Assembly (NCBI GenBank): GCA_001687465.1
Contig: LVLI01000154.1
Span: forward strand, 1-64,000
Length of the DNA stretch: 64,000 nt
Origin: Halocafeteria seosinensis
Lineage: Eukaryota
Direction: 5' to 3'
Under the pieces are notes generated by a model. The model made no database searches, was not told the origin of the DNA, and worked only from the letters and a program-made list of their open reading frames with translations. Each line of letters starts with the position of its first letter. Within the stretch, counting starts at the first letter, position 1. Positions 37,003 through 49,700 of this stretch are shown one piece after another. The position numbers were made by a program, and so were the translations under genes.

Positions 37003-39365
37003 ATGAATGAGGTTAGCGCAAAGAGCTTCTCGAGGGAACCGTCCCCACGGGACACGCAAAATGGCAATTCTAAAGTGGCCGTGGAGTGGCGAGGGGTTTC
37101 CAGCAGGAACGAAAACACTGACGTCAAAATGTCTAATCCGATGATGTTTGCCCCCAATCGTAGCACTACTCGGCAGAGACAACCCCAAGTGCCCCCCTCA
37201 CCAAGCCCGGCGGAGGCCAATGAACGACTACTTCCGACGCGGTCGGGCGTGTGGAATTCCATCTCCTCAGCAGTTAATGACTTGAAGCAGGACGAGGGGA
37301 GTGAAAAACCAGAGAACGAAGGAGCAAACAGCTTGGGAGTTGATGAATCGACGAACGAAAACAGTGAGACCACAGTTTCATTCGATGCTTGGAGATTTAT
37401 GCGAACGTTCTTGTACCACGCGTTGTATCCCGTTAGTCTGCCAATCCTGGCATGGTATGAGGGGTTCCACTATCTTCGCTCAGTAAGAAACGGAGCAAAA
37501 ATTGATTGCTTCTTGTTTTTTTCTATTGGTTGCACCTATGTTATACAGATGTCGTTCCTTTCTTTAGCCCCGAAAGACATTATCAACTCCCATATATTTC
37601 CAATAATGCTTTTGTTCACCAACATTGTAGTGGCTGGAGGCTTTAGCTCCTTATCCAAAGGAGGCCCTACGATGTTCGAAGTCGTTATGGTGAGGACACT
37701 TGAGATAAGCCTTCGTTGTGTTTACGGCTGAGAGTCTTGTGATTTGTGCGGGACCTTGCAGGTGGACTTATACTATTTGTTCCGGATCCTGGTAATAGGG
37801 ATTAAGGTGAGTTATATTCCACGTGTAAGCCCTCATGGAATACTAAAGTTTTATATTGGTTGGACAGTATGCCACACTTTCGGATAAATTATACAACGAT
37901 ATGGGCTACAGACCCCCTAAGGAGGGACAGGAAATCAATGCACAAAACATGCTCGTAACCGGGTGGATGAATCCGCCGAGGGCTTACGTTGAGGACGAAA
38001 TCTTGTCAGAAGAAAGTCGAAAAGGATTTAACTTAACACATTCACTCTTTAAAGTAGATGGGCGTCTTCACTGTTACCTGGATAAAGTATGCCGCCCAGT
38101 TGGTAGAACACAAGCGCAGTGAGCTCAAAAACGTATCGCTTTTTTGCAGATTTTCCAGGAGGAGGAATTGTGGGACACAACAAGTAGCGTGTCCACCCTT
38201 CAAAAAGGGGCTATATCTGCAGTATGTGCCGGTAAAAGTAGGAGCTCCGTATTCCTAAACACTGACGGAATACGAGGCTCTGGTCTGTTCGGAGAAGCAA
38301 GTGCGAGACAGATCACTCTTGCACTATGGCTACAAAATATGTGGCCGAGCAATTTCGGGATCGCTATAATTTTGCAGGTATTTCTGACGACAATGTTTCG
38401 TGTGGTAACCCCCGTAGTGGTGGCAAAGGACTTTAATCGTCTTTCTCAGTTAGGCAGTTCTCCTCTCGACCTAATTCCGAGGATATTTATAATGATTGTG
38501 GGGAGCCATGTACAATTTTCCCTTCTCACTTTCCTGATGGTACGTCGACAGATGCCAATGCTACTCTGTGGTGGTGCAAGAGGCTCCCACGAGTATTTGA
38601 ATGCAGATAGGTATTTTGGATTTCCACAGGAGACACCAAGTGTCGTCGTGCTTGACAGCTCTCTCTCGGAATACGAAAATTACCTACAGTAGGCGTACTC
38701 GTTTGGATGAAGATATTCGAGTCCGATATAAGCACGGTTATTTGGAATTGATGGTTCCGAAGGTGGACAGTTTGCAGCCAAAGCAAACCTCGTTGCCACC
38801 GGTGCTGGACTTAAGTATTGCGGAAAACGCTTTCTCCTGGTACAGACTGAGACTCATCTTGCGACATACAGGACGCCGTTTTTCTTTGAGGTTACAAATC
38901 TATGTAACGGTGATGCTGATTATCTTACTTGGAATGAACATTATCTTCTTGGTGCGATTTCTCACTCAAGGGTGGGGAGCATTTGTGGGACAGTTTGAAA
39001 GTATACTCTTACTTGCGGAGGTGATATATATGAATATCGCGATACTGAGTTTTGTCATCTTGATGATTGTGCACGGTATCTTGGCAAACTCTGAAATGGA
39101 GACTCAGAATGAGATCTTCGTTAAAGCATTGGTCAAGTTGGAAGAGCTCCGGCGTGAATATCCTGAGGATTCGCCCTTCTACAAGGAGCTTAACTCGACG
39201 TTGCAAGCACTTCGCACGGTAAAAGACGCGGTACAGATCGATGATACACAATCACCCGTACAAATCTTCGGAGTTCGTGCGAGTCCAATTTTGTTGCGTG
39301 GGATGGCTGCAGGTATTCTCACCGTCATTTCAGCCATTATAGGAAGGCTTCAGATGACGAGTTGA
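37003..39365 (+). CDS. Multi-pass membrane protein, PHTF-like / 7TM ion channel (GR/OR superfamily) candidate; ~5 introns
   Basis: Several hydrophobic helices. The C-terminal half has DFHRR, PVLDLSIAENAFSWYRLRLILRHTG and DDTQSPVQIFGVRASPILL, paralleling remembered PHTF motifs. Confidence 0.65.
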
Positions 39366-39639
39366 TACGGGAGAGACTCACATTTCCCTTCAAATATCGA
39401 AGTTGCGGTGACAGAGAAATACGTCTATAGTGGTCACAACACGGTGCTTCAGCTGGTAGACTGTCATCTTCTTCCTCGTTGTCCAGCAGGGTGGGGTGTG
39501 GAAGTCACTTCGAACCACTAACTAGTTTGCACTGAGTTCGAGTGCTCTTTGTACTCTCTTTCGGGTTGCAGCTGACGACGACTCTTCCGAGAGTGGCATG
39601 CGGATGCTTGCTATATCCAGAGAATTTCGGCTATCGGTA

Positions 39640-40374
39640 CTCCCTGTATCACGTACGTTGTGGCAGTCTTCGACGTGCCGTTGAGAAAGGCGAACAAGGA
39701 AGAAAAGACTTGTTGCATCGGATAAAGGATAAGTCGGGTGGGACTGCTGTAGTTATCGGTGCGTGTGTGGTCTCATCAAGCAACGGTAACGGTGGACAAT
39801 GATCCAAGGTTCCCCTGTCCGCACAATCCTGAGCAAATGACCGTAGGACGTTGCCATATGGACATCTACTTGTATGGTGGATCAGGGATCATAGCACAGG
39901 AAATATTGTATGTGGCGTTTAGCCTGTGTTCACAACAACTCTTCCGGTAGGATAACTACAATACACACACCTAGGTTTTGATGGCCGTCTAAATACTATG
40001 TCTAAGCGTACAGCTGCTACTTTCCGACGGGACAGCAGAAATTCGTGCCTGTCCGTTTTCAGAGCCTCACATTCATCAATTCCGTCCATCAACACGGAAT
40101 TCAGCCATATCATCTTTGATAACGTGCAAGGTTGAATGCTTTACTCAGTGTTCTACCCTTTTTATTTAATGTACAAGTTGTGTGTATCAACATATTGAAT
40201 TTCTTCGGACTGACAAACACCATATTGTAACGAATCTTTACTAACAATTGCAAAGGGGAATTTCTCCTCTACGGATTTATCCTTTATCCGATGCAACAAA
40301 TCTTTTCTTCCTTGTTAGCCTTTCTCGACGGCACGTCGGAACCTCCGACAACGTACCGTACGTGATACAGGGAG
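39640..40374. mobile_element. Non-autonomous Tc1/mariner-type DNA transposon (Stowaway-like MITE), 735 bp
   Basis: Terminal inverted repeats at 39640-39732 and 40277-40374 (8 mismatches plus a 5-bp indel), with ends CTCCCTG...CAGGGAG. Flanks are TA on the left and TT on the right (degenerate TA target duplication). Confidence 0.8.
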
Positions 40375-40797
40375 TTGTGGCCTCTACAGATGGCACCCAG
40401 GAGTCTACCATCAACTCTAAGAATCTTAAATGTTAACTGGCGTCGAGAATGGTGCGGCCATTGTAGCCCAACAACAATGCTGTCAGGTTATCATTTACCG
40501 GTATACGTGTAATTCTTCTCGTGCTAGACCACTGCTGGTCGCATGCTGCGACCTACACCACATGTTGCAAGCTCGTCGTTTCGATTATGTACACTCGATA
40601 AACCACGTATATTTGGTATTCGTGCCATAGAGTGAAATATGACATGGTGTGGGCATTGGGTTCACTCCCCTAGATGTGTCGACAGGAGTCTCTAGCACCT
40701 GCTACGAACCGAAACTTCTAACCCCTTTCAACGTACCAGTTGTATGCTCTGTTGGATTCTTTGAGAGCTCTATTGCTGGTTAGTTCAGACAGAAGCC

Positions 40798-43700
40798 ATG
40801 GATGACGTGAAGCATGAAGACTCTGCCGAAGGTCTCGGGGATTATTGGCACTATCTCCAAACGCAGGAAGTGATCCAGTTGGAGCAGCTTCTGGAAGCGC
40901 TGGCTAACACCTCCATGAAACTGGATTCAGGAGAATGGTTGCCAAAGGTATCTAAAACACTAGTAGAAGGGAGTAAAGAATACACTCGGCTTAATGAGAC
41001 CACCTTACGGCGCGTATGGGAGGCGACTTGTGGTTTAATTCGGAAGCAACTGGATGAGGAAGTCCAGCTTCACTTCCGTCAAAGCGTGGGGAACTCTAGA
41101 GCAGTACGGCTAGCTGGATTTGCCGACTTTTTCATTCGGATTATCCACGGTGGAGTTAAGTTTACTGTGGTACAGCCTCTGAAGAATGCTGTACAGTCTT
41201 GTGGACTGGAATCATCGGACTCCATTTCGACCACGAAACTTGGATGTGTTGTGGATTCAAAAACTGTGCATTCGGAACTGTCCCAAACCAGATACACCGC
41301 AGCAGTAACGGACCTAGCTTTGAATGCAATTTTAAAAGCCATTTTGGATGTCGCTTCCCAGAAAAAGCGTATGAGCTTGCATATGCCTAGTGTCGGCTTT
41401 CTAGTGTTCGACGGGATGCGGTTTTTCATCCCCGAAGGCGCGTGGTATCCAATGTATCCTCAACCAGATGCCGCGCTAGTCGATAGTCGTGTGCATTCGC
41501 AGCATTCCTGCGACGAGGCTACTACTCATCAAGTGCTTCCCTCGGGATCCAGAATGACGGTTGGTAGTAATGTACTGCAATCGAAAAATGTTACGTTTGA
41601 GCTTTTCCCGGACCCCCTCGACGATGAGGATATCGAAGCAAAGCAAAGCGGTCCGTACGAGCTATCTAGAAGGTTCGCTGTGGAGGACCCCCAAAGTAGT
41701 TTGAGTGATAGACTATGTCAAGCAATTGTCAAAAGGTTTCGCACACGAGCGAGGGGACTGAACACTCGCCGGAGAATTGACAGTATCGCCGAAAGGGTTA
41801 TTTCGCAGAGTGATGAAGACGGAGTGAAAGCGGAACCAAAAATAATATCTCGGTATGGCTGGAGAGTCCCACTGGTGCAGAGGGACGGCGTACCTCTACC
41901 GTCTCCGGTATTTCCCTCCTGGTACTGCAACAATTGTGAATCTGCCCGCGCTGCTCTCCGGAAAAATAGCTACTGCGTGGCACCAGCTGTTATAAAGATA
42001 TCTTACGAAGGCTGCAATAAGATGCTTCAAAATCGAAGTATTGAACCATACTTATTCAAAGCACAGAAGAACGATTCAAATTTAGTAGATACAGTGAACT
42101 CAGATGTATGTTCTTGGTTTCAGTAGTTCCGTTGTTGCCCATTTGCAAGTAACCGCTTTGATTGTGGACGCAGGAATTTTTGACGGCCCAGCGAAATCAC
42201 TGTGGACTGATTCGCAGGGTCTTGCTGGAAAAGTGGCATCCACTCTGTTCCCGTATATTGGATGAAATGCTTCATGTGATGCACGCGGACCCATTGTCGG
42301 AAGTCTCGGAGAGTGTGAGCGAAAGCATGGTTAAATGGACGCGTTTGTGGAAACGTGACATGAATTCGGGCGCGGTTGATCTGCAGCGTCTACATGGGGC
42401 AGTAGCCCATGTTCTTGGGCGCCATCTTCAAACATTGGTAGAACAATCTCTGTTGCGCATGTTCTGCTGCTTCTCTTCGGTGTTTGGTAACCGCTCAGTC
42501 GAGGATGTTTCCCGGCTCGTGTCACGGCACGAGAAGACCTCGCAGTTTGAGAAGAATGAAAAGGAGCATGGTCTCAGCAGCAGCCTCGAGTAAGTACTAG
42601 CAGTGATACGTTTGTCTCCTTCTATTACTACAACGGTCTCGTTTTGAATGGTTTCTCAGAAACTTAGAAGAGCTCAACCGTTTAAGTTCCGCGCTATTGG
42701 ACAAGAAATATATCCGCCAGTGTTGCGGTGACTACCACTGTTCGAGGCTGTGGGAGGCAATCGCCACTGGTCAAGAGGCGGATTGCACTCCGTCCTCCGT
42801 CGTCACTGAGAACACAACCTTCCGATTTTTATTAAGGGCAGATCTTCAACTCTCGGGTAGAACGGAAACAAAATGGCCTGCTGCGGGAGCGACTTCTTCC
42901 CCAGAGCTAATTGACTCCATATTAACTTCCCACCCGATCCGTTTTATTGGATTTAGTCCTTCTCTCAGGAATTTGTTGACTGTCTTCGAACGTCTGATCC
43001 GCGAAATTGTATTTAATACTCAGCACTTCCCAACTCCGGCCTATCGATATGGAATCCGAACAGACTCACGAGCTCCAGAAATCGCCAGGTTACGCGGAAA
43101 ACGGATGGACGAGCATGTGATATGGAAGAGCGATAAAAACGAGCTGGAGTGGGTTGATTCAGTATTGCAGTCTCTTGAGAAGAGCGATAGAAGCAGCATG
43201 ACTCCACAAGTGCAACAGTGCCTGAGGGATGAGATCCTATATGATTCCAGTCGATACTTAAACTCCGTGCCCCCGTCAAGTCCATTTGTACGTTACCTGT
43301 CAGATACCCTAGAAACCAATCTGGCTACAGACTTGTGTGCGGTGATGATGGTGTTGGCACCTCTGGATAGGTTATTGGAGAGAGCAAACACTTTGCTCGC
43401 ACAACGAAGCCCGTTTGTTGAAGGAGGCTCCGACTCCCAAGAGTCCATTCTTGAAGAAACTAAGTGGTTTGCACAGCAGCTGCAAGCGCTCCTTCGGGTG
43501 AAGGAAGAGACATGCTCTTACTTGTTCAAACTGGAGAATACTATGCCATCAGAAGAATCATACGGGGATATTTCAATAGATGATATGCACTATGTGTTCT
43601 GCATTGGAATGATAACCGTCAACTGTTCGAGTATTGTATCCAGCCTTTCCGCAAGGATGGATGCTTACATAAAGGAACTGTGGGACTCTCTTCAGTCGCA

Positions 43701-46700
43701 GTTCCGCCTACATCATGTTCGACTGATGAAAGACTTCCAGGAAACATTCAACGTGCTGTGCCGGACTCCAAAGAAAATACAAGAGCTTGTTGATACAGAG
43801 AAGTGCTTAACTGAAGCACACGAACGCATCTTACCTGACTTAGAAGAAAAATTGCGTCAGGGGGGTTTGATGATGGCTCTCTTGTTGGCGTCGGGCGAGC
43901 AAACTCTCAACAGTTTACTATCTAGTGAAGAAGGAACTCGCAGTTTGCTCAAGTATATCAACTACATTTTCGTGCCAGACTATCGGTATTTTCTCACAAG
44001 GTATGAGGCTCAACAGTGGAACGAAGCAGCCCGACAGATGCTGTCGCTTACCACGGAGTACTGCCATAAGCAACGCAAAAAGTTAAAGCAAGAAAATTAC
44101 AGCTCAAAGGAGATAACGCGGACGCAAATTCAAGATTTGTCTAAGAAAGTACACGATTTTGCGACGAACTCAGAGTTAAATGCTCAGCAGGGTTCCTCGA
44201 TTAGCGAACAATTGTTCAAGGTTCGTATTACCCGGATGATGTCCCTAAACATAAGTCGTCTCATTCAATGAGTGTTTGCAGGAATTTGATACCCTTCAAC
44301 GGCGGTGTAGTAGCATAAATAACCACGAAAAATTGCTCGGGATTGGTATGACAAGATTCGAACACCTCGCAGCTGTCCAAAGCAAAATCTTGCCACTGCA
44401 CGAAGTATGGAACTTGATATCAGTTACACATAAAAAGACAGAGCGATGGGTACATGGTCCACTTAAAGCACTCGAGCCTATCTCAATCAAGAAGGAGATC
44501 TTACGTTTACTTCGGCGGCTCTCAGCCCTACAAGTTCATATACAGAACCTTTCTGCTCAAGCGCACTTTGCCCAAATGGAATGCATTAGAAAGCTTAACG
44601 GGTTGCTCGAAAATGTCCGCGTTATGGAATTGCTTTGTGACTCCAAGTTGCAGAAGCGCGATTGGAAGGCTATATCCAAAAAAGTTGGGTTTTCTTTATT
44701 TCCCGACAAGAACTGCACCTGGAACGACTACGCTACTATGGAGCTAAATCGCTATGTATCGGATTTGCAACCGATTGTTCTGAAAGCTCACCGCCGTGAC
44801 AAGAGTCAGTTTTATCTACATGAGATAGATTACTTGTGGAATCACAAGAACATTAAGACTAAATCAGTTTATCTGGATCGAACGGGAATAGAAGTTCAGT
44901 TACTGGAGGACAAATCCCTACAAAGTATCGTAGAGTTAGCGGACCATACGTTGATTGAGCTAAATCGGCGGCTTTTGACCGGCGACAAGGCCACTTACGG
45001 GAACCGGAACATCAATTACCATCAACTAAGCCATCGGGTGAAGAAGTCCGTAGACTTACTGATGGACATACAAAATGCATGGTTAGAGGGACAAGGTATG
45101 AGGTTTGCAATGTCAGTTGCAGTGTACCTGTCCGCCTTCATTCACTGTACAAAGTGTCCCTTGCAGATTTTCTCAACAGCCCAGGTATAAGAACAAACCT
45201 ACCCGAGGCAATGATAAAATGGGGCGTAAGTCCACCCCTCTCTGTATGCTCTGAATGGTCATAAAAGTGCTCTGTGTCTCCATGCAGATCATAGATGACA
45301 ACTTTAAGAACATAATTCGACACATAGAGGACAATCCTTCTGCTGTTGAATTCTTTATGGAGGATGGCTTAGAAGAGCGCCTAAAAGAACCAAGGCGTCT
45401 ATATTGGGAAATTCGGGAGGCTTTATCTTCGTTTTTTGATAGTTTACGGTATGTTCGATGGTACGGTAAGCCGATGCATGTTTGAAGAACCACTCTGCGT
45501 TAAGCTGCAGACAAGAATTTCCTCGATGGTACTTCCTATCCAATTCTGAACTTGCTGCTGTATTAAACTGTAACGAAGACCTGGGATCCGTGCCCTCGAG
45601 TGTGCTTTCAAAGTGCTTCCCTGATTTAAAGGCTCTAGATATAGAAGAAAGAGACGGGTCCGACTCCCCTGGAACGATTGCGGGAGTAGAGACGCAACGA
45701 GGGGAAACGTTACGGCTCCCACGGTCTTTGAGGTACACCGCAGAATCCGGGCATGAACATTTTGAACATGTATGGAAGTGCTTTCACTTTAACCTTACGA
45801 AATTCTCGAAAAGATTGATTGCTGCTTGCCTTTACGATTTCTTCTTGCACCACGCGCCGGAAATTCCATCGAACTTAGTTCTTGTTGAAACCCGAAGTGA
45901 AAATGACAGAGTAGCTGGTGGACTGCAACGTGCTATTAACAGCGTCACTTCGCGGTCGCATCGAACTTCTTCTGGGCACAGGCACCATTCTGAACGCCAT
46001 CGTTTCAATGAGAAGCAACCAATGTTCCCTGTTGAATGGGTAGAAAAATGGCCTACCCTTCCTACAATGGTATCGATTCTTGTAGTAGTATCTTACTATG
46101 TTGAGATGAGTCTTCGTGACAGGGAGTCTATTGAGATAAGAAAGGCAATTAGTAACATCCAATCCCAGCTTCAGAGTTCGTGCTCAAAGTTTGCAGAACG
46201 TATTAGGCAAATTGGAAATTCATACAGAGCAGCGGAAATATGCGAGGCTTTGCCGCTTGTTCGACAGCTCATCGATGCAATGAATCCTCTTCTCAAAGCA
46301 ACAAGCCCAAACTTTACAGCGGAATCGACAGAAGACGTGACACTAGCGTGGAAAAAAATGGTAAGATACGTGTGGGACGAACTGTCCACTGGAGTTCGCG
46401 AGGCCCCTGATATATTTGATGAATGGCAACGCACGTTTTCCGAAGCTGGCGGTGAAACGAGAGTTTGGTGGAGAAAAGACTACGCAAAAGAGTCAGAAGC
46501 AGTAGCTGTGGAGGTTCTGGAGAATGATGCTAGTGACAATGCGTCACTAGATGTTCATTTGCTAGGAGGTAGTTTTTCGTATAGCTTCGAACGCTTATCC
46601 GCAGGACTAGAGCCTCAACTCCACCTTGTCACGAGCGACAAATTAGCATCGGTTTTGTCCGCTCTGAGATCTCATCGCATTGGCTTAGTAACAACAGGGC

Positions 46701-49700
46701 AATACGACTTATTGGAGGATGTCGCTTGCATGCTGGGGAGACAGCTCTTCCGGGAAAATTTGACTGCGAGGACAGACAGGACTACGCTGCTTAGGCTGCT
46801 GAAGGGAGGCGCAGCCTGCGAAGGAATTCTTAATATTCAGCGTAGCGAACTGTGCCTTGATCGAGTTTTTGAAATGGTAGGGACCGAGCTTTCGTCAATT
46901 CAAAATGTATTAATGAAAGGGCATAAATGGCTTCCAATTGACGGCTCTGTTTTGAAGGTTCCCAGGTCCTCATCGATCATGTTTTCACAGAACTGTGAAA
47001 GTACTTCGATGAGTCATAAGTCGTATTTGCAAGGACTATTCAGACCCATGGCACTAACTAATTGCGATAGTAGGGAGTTTCTTCAGCTGTGCTTCACGGC
47101 ACTCGGAAGTTCTTGCCCTTGCCAAGCCGCTAATAAAGTTATAACCACTCTTGACGCTCTCGAAGGTTCTGGAATTATCTCCGCAAAATCGTTTAGTCGC
47201 GAGGCAGTGATTGCAAACGCGTGGAGGAGCGCTCGCGGTGGTTTCTCTTTTGCTGATAATTTGTGCACTGTGGAAGATCATATGGTTCGCCTTTTTCTCC
47301 AGATCGTTGAGCACCAGTTTGTACAAGGGACGGGAACTCATGACGATATACTGCTTATACAGAGCATTCTACGCGGAGGCGACCCAGAAGGTAGACACGT
47401 AGAGGAGAGTTCGTTCAGTGAACAATTATATATAATCATGGGTATAATGGTTTCAATGAAGATGAACCCGGAAGTGTCATTCATCGTTTCGGTGATGCAG
47501 CTTATTTCGCTTATCCAGCACCACTCATCCGTGGTCCTTAGTGGTCCTCATTTCTCAGGGAAAACTTCGGTTTGCGAAATTGCTCAGAAAGCACTCACCA
47601 TGTTTTCGTCGCGCAGTTTACGTACTTTACCAGTAGCGGTTCATAGGGCGGAACGGGAGTATCCGTGTCCGTCTGGGGTAGATGCGTCTCGTAACGAGGT
47701 GTGGCTCGCATATGATTACCCGTCAGATGAGGAGCTACAGACGCTAAATCTGCGGGAATCTGCAAATTGGAGACAGGTGGTGGAAGTCGGTTCCCTCGAC
47801 GGACTTGATCCTTATTTGCTGTCTTCTGTGGGTATACTACCTGTTCTCGAAGGTGTGCAAGTGACATGGAGGGCCATTTTGCGGAGCCGGTTGCATGCAT
47901 CCATGCATCCATTCGTAGTGCGTTGGTACTCTTCCATATACCAACTTCTGAGCTCCGTCACTGGTGGTCTCCTAGATTATATTGATCTAAATCCCGTCCT
48001 GTTCGCAGATTTTCCGGGGAAGGTGACGGTTACGGCAAACGTTGTAAGATTCTTTTTTGTCGGTCTGAGATTCGTAGAGTCGAGTTTTGCATCCACTGGA
48101 GATACACACAGCCCTTGTTCTACCAGGCAGGCCCCCATGGCTGTCGCTCCAGACAGTTCCTTCGTTGACGACGTGGAGCATACGATTGAAAACCTAAAGT
48201 CAGGAACAGATCCATGCCCTACCGCTAGTCTTGAGACGGACGGAGATATGCTAAACTTTTTGCCAAGTTCGGTTGCTGGGGAAGTGATCCACACTTGCTG
48301 TGTCTTCGGAATCATCTGGGGCTTTCGTGGTGCACTAGAGTCTGAGGCCCAGGTTGGAGTTGTGGAACATTGGATAAGAGCGCGGTATAGTGGGCTAGAA
48401 CTACAATCTCGCGAGGGCCAGAGCTCGGCCGTGCATGCTTCAGAACGGGAGAACGAGAAAGAGTTCCAAGACAAACTCCGATGCTTATTCTCATTGACTG
48501 CTGCTGGTGTGACCGAGCCAGAGGAAGCCGATGTATCAACGATTCTCCGCCGACTGTGTCGCGATCCTCGGAAGGAACTACCGGAAAGACTGAATGCTCC
48601 GATTCTACCTCGGACAGGATCTGTTTATGACTACGTCCCTCAGCTATCGATGGACCAAAATGATAAAGATGCAAGCGGCCTCTTTGCCTCCCACAAGCAG
48701 CCGTCCTTCTCCTCGGTTATAGAATCTCCCTGGATCAATTCACTGTATGTCACCTGGTCGAATCCTCTACGTCAAGGCGACATAAGGGCGGATCACCCGT
48801 TCCCTCTCTTCCACTCCAATTCAATTCTTATTCCCGCACCCTCTGTGATGCGGTCACTGCGCATATGCTACGAATTGCTCAAGCAAGATGAGCACCTATT
48901 GCTACATGGCCCTTCAAACTCTGGGACTTCGTCCTTAATAGATATGCTGCGCATGCTGGCGACCTCTGGATCAAAGTTGCGCAGCTTGACCGAGTTTTCG
49001 CAAATGGAGGACTTGGCTTCTGACCGAGTATGCATCAGCTGTGGAGGTTTCGCGACGCTCACAGCGGAAACCCTGAAGAGTCAGCTATATAACAGGCGAC
49101 AACTAGAGCAAACTGTGACTCCTAAGATTCAGAGACCTGCGGCGCTGTTCATTGAGGATTTGAATTTAGAATGGAACAAATTCGCGACTACGTCAGTAAG
49201 TAACTTGCTTCGTCAGGTGGGTGGTTGGAGCCGCTTTCCTCAAGATGATGGACAGTCAGGTTCTGCTGTTAGAGAAGCAAACCTATGGGAAGGCGTTAGC
49301 TTGTTCATGACCACACGCCAGCGTCTTATAGACCTCAAGGGACTTATTGGGGCGACTGCGTTAGTTCACTCGGAGGGATTACAGTCAGCAGAGCTGGATC
49401 ACATCTACGAGTGTAAGCTCGTTAGTTTGCAGGACCCTATCAGGGACGAGCATGCGGCTACTGCAGCAAACTACCTTGTTACTCTTACTGGGCTGTTGGG
49501 TGAATCCCTCCAGTTTTTAGGAACTCCAGCTGCAACTCACGGTTGTCTCGCGATAGCTGAGGAGCTTAAGCGCGTCGAGTTTCTTGATGGTCTGAATTCC
49601 GATGTTGAGAACAATCACGAACTCTTCTTGGTTTTTCTGTTTCATGAGACGCTGCGATCACTTGGTGATCGTTTCAAACTCAGTGATGATAGGAATGACT

